Positions 58,417-64,000 of a DNA stretch of 64,000 bases are shown here, one piece after another. Under the pieces are notes generated by a model. That model was not told the origin of the DNA. It did not search any database and saw only the letters and a list, made by a program, of their open reading frames with translations. The stretch lies in assembly GCA_017962275.1 (NCBI GenBank), contig JAGCVQ010000089.1, forward strand, positions 62-64,061. Direction: 5' to 3'. The position numbers and the translations under genes were made by a program. The stretch is from Bacteroidales bacterium. Lineage in GTDB: Bacteria > Bacteroidota > Bacteroidia > Bacteroidales > WCHB1-69. Every line of letters begins with the position of its first letter. The first letter of the stretch is position 1.

Positions 58417-59998
58417 AAAATGCAAAATCATCCTCGTATCCCTGCTGCGACGGGTCTCCGCTACCGCTGCCGCCGTCGTCGCCGTTGGCCGCACTGTCGT
58501 AGTATTGGGCCGAGAAGTTCTCGTTGGGGGTGATGCCCGCGCCGGGGGAGACGTAGCTGCCGCCCTCGCCGAACGAACCCTCGCTCACATCGCAGAACTT
58601 CGTGAACTGGCTCTGGAAGCGTACTTTCACGTTGCCGGTGCTGCCGTGACGGTTCTTCTCGAACATGATTTCCGCCATGCCGTCGCTCGGGGTGTTGTCC
58701 TCGAAAGTGTCCAAATGGTAGTATTCCGGGCGGTAGATGAAGAGCACCATGTCGGCGTCCTGCTCGATGGAACCGGACTCACGCAGGTCGGACAATTGCG
58801 GGCGTTTGGAGCCGCCGCGGGTCTCCACGGCACGACTCAACTGAGAAAGTGCGATGACGGGAATGTTCAGCTCCTTGGCCAACGCCTTGAGGGATCGGGA
58901 GATATAACTGATCTCCTGTTCGCGGTTGCCGCCGTGCTTCGAACTGTCGGTGCCGGCCTGCATCAGCTGCAGGTAGTCGATGATGACCATCTGGATGTCG
59001 TATTTGTGTTTCAGACGGCGGCACTTGGCGCGCAGGTCGAACACGGAAAGCGCCGGGGTATCGTCGATGATGAGGTTCGAGCTGTTCAGCTTGCTGACGT
59101 TTTCCCACAGCTTCGACCACTCCACATCCGAGAGCGTACCCTTCGAGATATGGTCGGAGGGGATGCCTGATTCAATGGAGAAGAGACGGTGAACCAGCTG
59201 GGTAGCAGACATTTCCAGCGAGAAAAAGGCAATAGGCTGATCGAAATCGATGGCGGCGTTGCGGGCCACGGAGAGCACGAAGGAGGTCTTACCCATACCG
59301 GGACGGGCGGCGAGGATCACGAGGTCGGACTTCTGCCAACCGCCGGTTTTCTCGTCGATGGCGCGGATGCCGCACGGCACACCCTGTAATTCGTCCTGCG
59401 ATTCACGGATTTCCGACAGCTCGCTGAGGGCGGTGCTTACCACATCGCCCAGCTCCTTGCTGTCGCGGTGCAGGTTGCTCTCCACGATGGAGAAGATTTT
59501 CGTCTCGGCGGCGTCAAGCAGCTCCAACACGTCCCGGCTCTCGTCGTAGGAGTCGGTGACAATGGTGTTGCACTGACGGATGAGCTCGCGCAGGATGAAT
59601 TTCTCCATCACAATGCGGGAGTGGTATTCCACGTTGGCGGCGGAATTCAGCCGGCTGGTCAGACCTGCCACGTAGGAGGCGCCTCCGCAGAGTTCCAGCT
59701 GCTTGTTCTTTTTCAGCTGGTTGGTGACCGTCAGCACATCGATGGGCTGCGAAGCGGAGAAAAGTTGTCGAATCGCGGTGAATATCTGTTGATTAGCTTC
59801 CACATAGAACATTTCGGGGCGCAGCATGGCGAGCACCTCGGTCACGGCGTTGTCGTCGATCATCAGGGCGCCGAGCACCGCCTCCTCGAACTCCACGGCC
59901 TGCGGGGTGAGCTTGCCGGTGGTGCCCAAAAGCGTGTCGATGCGGTTATATGACATTGTCCGAGAGGGACGGTTTGTTGTAATCGTTTCGTTATCCAT
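58415..59998 (-). CDS. dnaB: Replicative DNA helicase DnaB
   Basis: Walker A is ILAARPGMGKTSF. Other motifs are IIDYLQLM, ALSQLSRAVE and SGSIEQDADMV. It carries an acidic C-terminal tail of about 60 aa and no intein. Confidence 0.93.
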   Translation of the reverse strand: MDNETITTNRPSRTMSYNRIDTLLGTTGKLTPQAVEFEEAVLGALMIDDNAVTEVLAMLRPEMFYVEANQQIFTAIRQLFSASQPIDVLTVTNQLKKNKQLELCGGASYVAGLTSRLNSAANVEYHSRIVMEKFILRELIRQCNTIVTDSYDESRDVLELLDAAETKIFSIVESNLHRDSKELGDVVSTALSELSEIRESQDELQGVPCGIRAIDEKTGGWQKSDLVILAARPGMGKTSFVLSVARNAAIDFDQPIAFFSLEMSATQLVHRLFSIESGIPSDHISKGTLSDVEWSKLWENVSKLNSSNLIIDDTPALSVFDLRAKCRRLKHKYDIQMVIIDYLQLMQAGTDSSKHGGNREQEISYISRSLKALAKELNIPVIALSQLSRAVETRGGSKRPQLSDLRESGSIEQDADMVLFIYRPEYYHLDTFEDNTPSDGMAEIMFEKNRHGSTGNVKVRFQSQFTKFCDVSEGSFGEGGSYVSPGAGITPNENFSAQYYDSAANGDDGGSGSGDPSQQGYEDDFAF

Positions 59999-60072
59999 AT
60001 CTTACAAAGTTTGGTTCATTACTCGTTCGGGGTGGCAAATATCCGAAATTTTATGAGGGTTTCGCGGGCGAG

Positions 60073-60116
60073 TTATCAACATTTCATCACAAGCGGTTGT
60101 GAACAATTGTTGATAA
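60073..60116. promoter_or_regulatory. Three DnaA-box-like 9-mers upstream of dnaB
   Basis: They are TTATCAACA (60073-81), TGTGAACAA (60098-106, reverse complement TTGTTCACA) and TGTTGATAA (60108-16, reverse complement TTATCAACA). Each is one mismatch from TTWTNCACA. The outer two form a 9-bp inverted repeat. Confidence 0.3.
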
Positions 60117-60122
60117 TTCAAA

Positions 60123-60147
60123 ATGAAGAATGAAGAATGAAGAATGA
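60123..60147. repeat. Heptamer array, 3.5 units (ATGAAGA)
   Basis: ATGAAGA x3 plus ATGAGCG lies in the divergent dnaB/A2M spacer. Confidence 0.8.
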
Positions 60148-60194
60148 GCGGGGGACAATAAACCATTAAGGAAAAGCGTTATCTAATGAAATTG

Positions 60195-60202
60195 TATTTT
60201 TG
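60195..60202 (+). promoter_or_regulatory. -7 box TATTTTTG, A2M-like gene
   Basis: The context is GAAATTGTATTTTTGCGCAGG. It lies 23 nt upstream of ATG 60226. Confidence 0.7.
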
Positions 60203-60225
60203 CGCAGGATATTATATTCATTGTC

Positions 60226-63200
60226 ATGAAAAGACCTCTAATCATCGCCATCATGATCATCGCCACCACCATCACCGTCAGCGGGCAGACGCAGAGCCCG
60301 TCGGCAATCGCCAAGAAATGGAAGGAGATCCAAGCCTGCTGTGACAAGTACGACGACGGCGCGGACTCCGCCTACCGCATCCTCAACGAGCAGCTCGCCG
60401 CCACGAAGCGCGATCCCGTGGCCAACGCCATCTGGCACAGCTGCTTGGCGCAGTTCCTGTCGGATTACTACAGTTCGAATCGCTACCGCCTCGGTCAGCG
60501 CACAGAAGTGGCAGATGAGACTCCCGCCGACTATAAAGAGTGGGATGCCCGCACCTTCGACCGTTGCATACGGGAGGAGTATCTGGCGTCGCTCAAAAAT
60601 GCGGATGCCACGCAGCGGGTGGTTGCTTCTTCATATTCCGCCATTATGGAGAATACAAGAAATCTCCGTTCAGAACATACTCTTTACGACATCCTTGCAC
60701 AGCGTGCCCTATCGTACCTGCGCTCAAAACTCAAAAGCGATGACAATCCCGCCCCCTTTTTGCGACAGAATCCCGTCCTTTGGAATCCGGATGCGTTTCT
60801 GAATATTCCGCTTTCTTTGCTGGAAACCAACGATGAGGTCTCCAATATACTCTCAGTGTATCAATCACTTGAGAAATACCACGTCAAGCAGCACCACGAA
60901 ACGTTGCGGACAAACTACCTACTGGAACGTTTCGATTTTATGCGACAACGGGGACTTGCTCCCGACAACTCTTTGACTTGGTACATCGAACTACTGACCC
61001 GCTATGGCGAGACGTGTGTGGATAAGGAAGCATACGGCTATGTGGCCTACAAGTTGGGCACACTCTATGCGGAGCGTAGCAATGAATATGATGAGGAATT
61101 GCATCCCGAATTCCGCAACGATCTCGTGACCGCCGCCGAATATCTCAAAGCATCCCTGCAGAAGGCGTCACCAAAGGCAAAAGCCCCTGATTATGAGTAT
61201 GATGCAAAGGAATTGTTGGAGAAGATTCAAAAACAGGTTTTGCATTTCCAATTGCTTCATTTAGCATTCCCGACGGAATCGCCGTTGTTGGTGGATATTG
61301 AATACAAGGATGTTACCAAAGCATACATCCGACTCATTCCGATTTCTGGCACCATGTTCGAGCAGGTAACCGTCAAGGGGATTTATGATTACTTCGGCAA
61401 TGTCATTTCTATAAAGCCCTCTTTCCAGGAGACAGTGGATCTTCCTGATTTTCAAGATCATCGTAAGCATGAGGGACACTACATCATTCCCCGTCAAAAG
61501 GCTGGTGGCTATTTGTTGATTATCTCGTCCAAACCGGTTTTAAAAACGCATAAGGATTGTGATGAGATTGTCTATATTCAGGTTTCCGACATCCTTGTCG
61601 CCGTCAGGGAACAGGACCAGCAGATCGAGTATCTGGTGGTGAGCCGGCAGACGGGCGAACCTTTGGAGAATGCTACCATCACGTTCACGACTGGAAAAAC
61701 AAAACGTACGCTGAAAACCGATCGAAACGGATTAGCCGCCATTAACAAAGCCAAAGGCCGCAGCTTCCATTCGGATGTTGTGGTAGAGTGGAACAATCAG
61801 GTGTTGCGGTTGACGGGCACAAACTATTGGTGGAGCAGAAATCAAGAAGAGTCGACCATCATTCTATGCGACCTGTTTTTAGACCGGAAATTATATCGCC
61901 CTGGACAGACGGTTTATTTCAAAGGAATTGTCAGTGAGACGGTTACCGCGCATGACGAAACCCAGCAAATCCAGTTAAAGCCGAATAAGGAAGTTACCGT
62001 TCATCTTTACGATGCCAATTATCAAGAAATTGACGTTAAAACATTGAAAACGAATGATTTCGGTTCCTTTTCTGGCAGTTTTGACTTGCCTGCCGACGGA
62101 CTGACAGGTCGATTCATCATCCATGTGAAAATCAATGGTAAACAATACATCGGCACTACTTACTTCTCCATGGAGGAGTACAAACGTCCGACTTTCGAGG
62201 TGACGCTGAGTGCCCCCACAGAGGCGGTGAGAGTAGGGGAGACCGTCACGGTGAAGGGTAGTGCGGAGGCGTTGTCTGGCTATCCTATTGATGGTGCGTC
62301 TGTTAGTTACAAGGTGACCCGCAGAACGGAGTTTCCGTGGTGTCGCTTAGGGTTGTGGCCCTCTGATAATCCGCGCACCATCCTCACCGGCACCGCCGAA
62401 ACCGATGCGGAAGGCTCGTTTACCATTGCATTTCCAACCGAAGAAGATCTTGCCCTCAAACGATATACGCCGCTGTATATCTATGATGTTGAGGCGGTTG
62501 TGACGGATATCAATGGTGAGACACATACAGAATCTTCCGTGGTGAAGGTGAGCCGCCGTAGTTTGGAACTCCAAGTCTCCATACCAGAAGAGTTGGATAT
62601 TACCCGTGTGGAAAATCGATTCCAAGTCTCGCTGACCAATATAGCCGGTGTACCACAAGATGGGGAAATGTGGTATGAAATTCATCGTTTGCAGATGCCT
62701 AGCAAGTATTATTATCCAGTTTCTTCCAGCGATACCGTCATCACCCCATTGTCCAAATTGCAGGATGTTTTTCCGGATCTGGCCTTTCAGAAAGAGAATG
62801 AAATGGAACATTGGAAGTCTGAGAAGGTTATCGAAGTGTTATACTTGGTTTCAAAGGATGAGGAAAACTATGTTACAGTTCCAGTACTTTCAGAGTTAGA
62901 GAGTGGTTATTACAAGTTCGTCTTTAAGGTGAAAGACCCGAGCGGGGATTGGGTGGAAGTGACGAGGATGGTTCACATATACAGAAACCAGGACACGGAA
63001 TGCTCTGGTTACAAATCTCTTTGGCATGATTTCGACCAGTATAATCCGCTATTCTCTTTAGGCAAAGGTGGCTATTCGATTGATGCCGGCGACACGCTGA
63101 AATTCTCATTCGGCACCTATTTGGACCACGCACAGGTATTATGCGAGATTGCGCATAATGATTCAGTTGTGCATGCCCAATGGTATGAATTGCGGAAAAA

Positions 63201-64000
63201 CACGGTTTCCGTTGAACTGCCGACAAAACCGACGGATCGCGGGAAGCTGTCCGTACATCTCTATATGATGGCAGGGAACAGCGTTTTTGAAATCTCTCCT
63301 GAAGTGAAGATAATCAATCATCAGCAGGATATCCGTTTTGATTTTTTGCGCTTCCGCGACAAGACGTTGCCTGGAAGTCAGGAGGAACTACAGGTGCGTT
63401 TGACCGACAAAGACGGCACACCTATTTCCGCTGAGCTGCTTTGTTCGATGTATGATTATTCGTTGGATGTGTTGGGCGGTCAGAATTACCACTACCTTGT
63501 GTATGATTATAGGTATAATCAATGTAATCTTCGTTTTGGCCGCACCCTCAACACTGGCACCTCAATGTGGACAAGTGCCTATTTCAATACGGTACCATTC
63601 CATTCCCCACAGTTCTTCTCCCCAAACATTGATCTGCGGAGTTTCTATTGCGGGCGACATCCTATGAGATATGGCGCGTTAGCAAAGGGAGAAGTTATCC
63701 TTAATGTGGTGGAGGATAATATTGCGGTCAATACGGATTTGGATATTGTGGAATCAGCCGAGGAAGAGGAACCGGCAGTGGTGTTTACGGATGCTTTGAT
63801 GGCGCAGAATGCTTCGCAAACGGAGGCTGCGAAACTGGGAAACACGCCTGTGGGATCGCAGATCCGCACCAATTTCAACGAGACCGCCTTCTTCTACCCG
63901 CAGCTGCGCACCGACGAGCACGGCGAGGTCTATATCAGCTTCACCATGCCCGACGCGCTGACGAAATGGAAGATGCAGGGCGTGGCGCACAACCCCGACC
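60226..64000 (+). CDS. Alpha-2-macroglobulin-family (MG-domain) protein, N-terminal 1258 aa. It continues beyond the window end.
   Basis: It is absent from the ORF track because it runs off the right edge. My translation from ATG 60226 reads MKRPLIIAIMIIATTITVSGQ. Further on come LDRKLYRPGQTVYFKGIV, FSMEEYKRPTFEV and NFNETAFFYPQLRTDEHGEVYISFTMPDALTKWKM, which are bacterial A2M hallmarks. The -7 box is at 60195-60202. Confidence 0.8.
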   Translation, partial: MKRPLIIAIMIIATTITVSGQTQSPSAIAKKWKEIQACCDKYDDGADSAYRILNEQLAATKRDPVANAIWHSCLAQFLSDYYSSNRYRLGQRTEVADETPADYKEWDARTFDRCIREEYLASLKNADATQRVVASSYSAIMENTRNLRSEHTLYDILAQRALSYLRSKLKSDDNPAPFLRQNPVLWNPDAFLNIPLSLLETNDEVSNILSVYQSLEKYHVKQHHETLRTNYLLERFDFMRQRGLAPDNSLTWYIELLTRYGETCVDKEAYGYVAYKLGTLYAERSNEYDEELHPEFRNDLVTAAEYLKASLQKASPKAKAPDYEYDAKELLEKIQKQVLHFQLLHLAFPTESPLLVDIEYKDVTKAYIRLIPISGTMFEQVTVKGIYDYFGNVISIKPSFQETVDLPDFQDHRKHEGHYIIPRQKAGGYLLIISSKPVLKTHKDCDEIVYIQVSDILVAVREQDQQIEYLVVSRQTGEPLENATITFTTGKTKRTLKTDRNGLAAINKAKGRSFHSDVVVEWNNQVLRLTGTNYWWSRNQEESTIILCDLFLDRKLYRPGQTVYFKGIVSETVTAHDETQQIQLKPNKEVTVHLYDANYQEIDVKTLKTNDFGSFSGSFDLPADGLTGRFIIHVKINGKQYIGTTYFSMEEYKRPTFEVTLSAPTEAVRVGETVTVKGSAEALSGYPIDGASVSYKVTRRTEFPWCRLGLWPSDNPRTILTGTAETDAEGSFTIAFPTEEDLALKRYTPLYIYDVEAVVTDINGETHTESSVVKVSRRSLELQVSIPEELDITRVENRFQVSLTNIAGVPQDGEMWYEIHRLQMPSKYYYPVSSSDTVITPLSKLQDVFPDLAFQKENEMEHWKSEKVIEVLYLVSKDEENYVTVPVLSELESGYYKFVFKVKDPSGDWVEVTRMVHIYRNQDTECSGYKSLWHDFDQYNPLFSLGKGGYSIDAGDTLKFSFGTYLDHAQVLCEIAHNDSVVHAQWYELRKNTVSVELPTKPTDRGKLSVHLYMMAGNSVFEISPEVKIINHQQDIRFDFLRFRDKTLPGSQEELQVRLTDKDGTPISAELLCSMYDYSLDVLGGQNYHYLVYDYRYNQCNLRFGRTLNTGTSMWTSAYFNTVPFHSPQFFSPNIDLRSFYCGRHPMRYGALAKGEVILNVVEDNIAVNTDLDIVESAEEEEPAVVFTDALMAQNASQTEAAKLGNTPVGSQIRTNFNETAFFYPQLRTDEHGEVYISFTMPDALTKWKMQGVAHNPD

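Noticed and set aside
60000-60225. Chromosomal origin of replication
   Set aside because: There are only three imperfect DnaA-box-like 9-mers. No dnaA or dnaN gene is nearby and no AT-rich unwinding element is obvious. I kept it as a low-confidence regulatory site only.

Overview
The window is a Bacteroidota chromosome segment, probably Bacteroidales and Prevotella-like. Supporting signs are T9SS C-terminal sorting domains, GldH, a fused SecDF, and about 20 copies of the Bacteroidetes -7 promoter box TAnnTTTG in the extended context A-tract-TGTAnnTTTGC. Core regions run roughly 55-60% GC, with lower-GC islets. I call 43 CDS.

Housekeeping genes: lpxD, efp, secDF, ettA, tyrS, nfeD-floA, cstA, dxr, adk, hpt, a trmH-family gene, and dnaB.

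Two large genes are missing from the ORF track because they run off the window edges:
- A >1955-aa GLUG-repeat surface protein at 1-5865 (-).
- An alpha-2-macroglobulin-like protein at 60226-64000 (+).

Other cell-envelope and transport genes:
- A 2650-aa T9SS-sorted modular protein.
- A T9SS-sorted M1 peptidase.
- A lipoprotein-MFP-RND-TolC efflux operon.
- A TonB-dependent receptor paired with an FGE/SUMF1-family protein.

Accessory content:
- A HepT/MntA toxin-antitoxin pair.
- A RayT (REP-associated Y1 transposase) with two subfamilies of 30-nt REP palindromes. Copies sit in frame inside two CDS.
- An Abi_2/HEPN islet with a truncated ORF6N gene.
- A two-gene dual-nuclease plus Upf1/Dna2-like SF1 helicase module.
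- A vWA, ECF-like sigma and soluble anti-sigma-like cluster, followed by small acidic proteins that each have their own promoter.
- A promoter- and terminator-bounded tRNA-like small RNA candidate.

The feature I consider least explained: nearly every gene boundary carries a private tandem array of 7-nt units (sometimes 8, 11 or 12 nt). Arrays often start in or at the stop codon of the upstream gene and often carry stop triplets that rotate through all three frames.

All calls come from reading the sequence and translations by eye. No database search was run.
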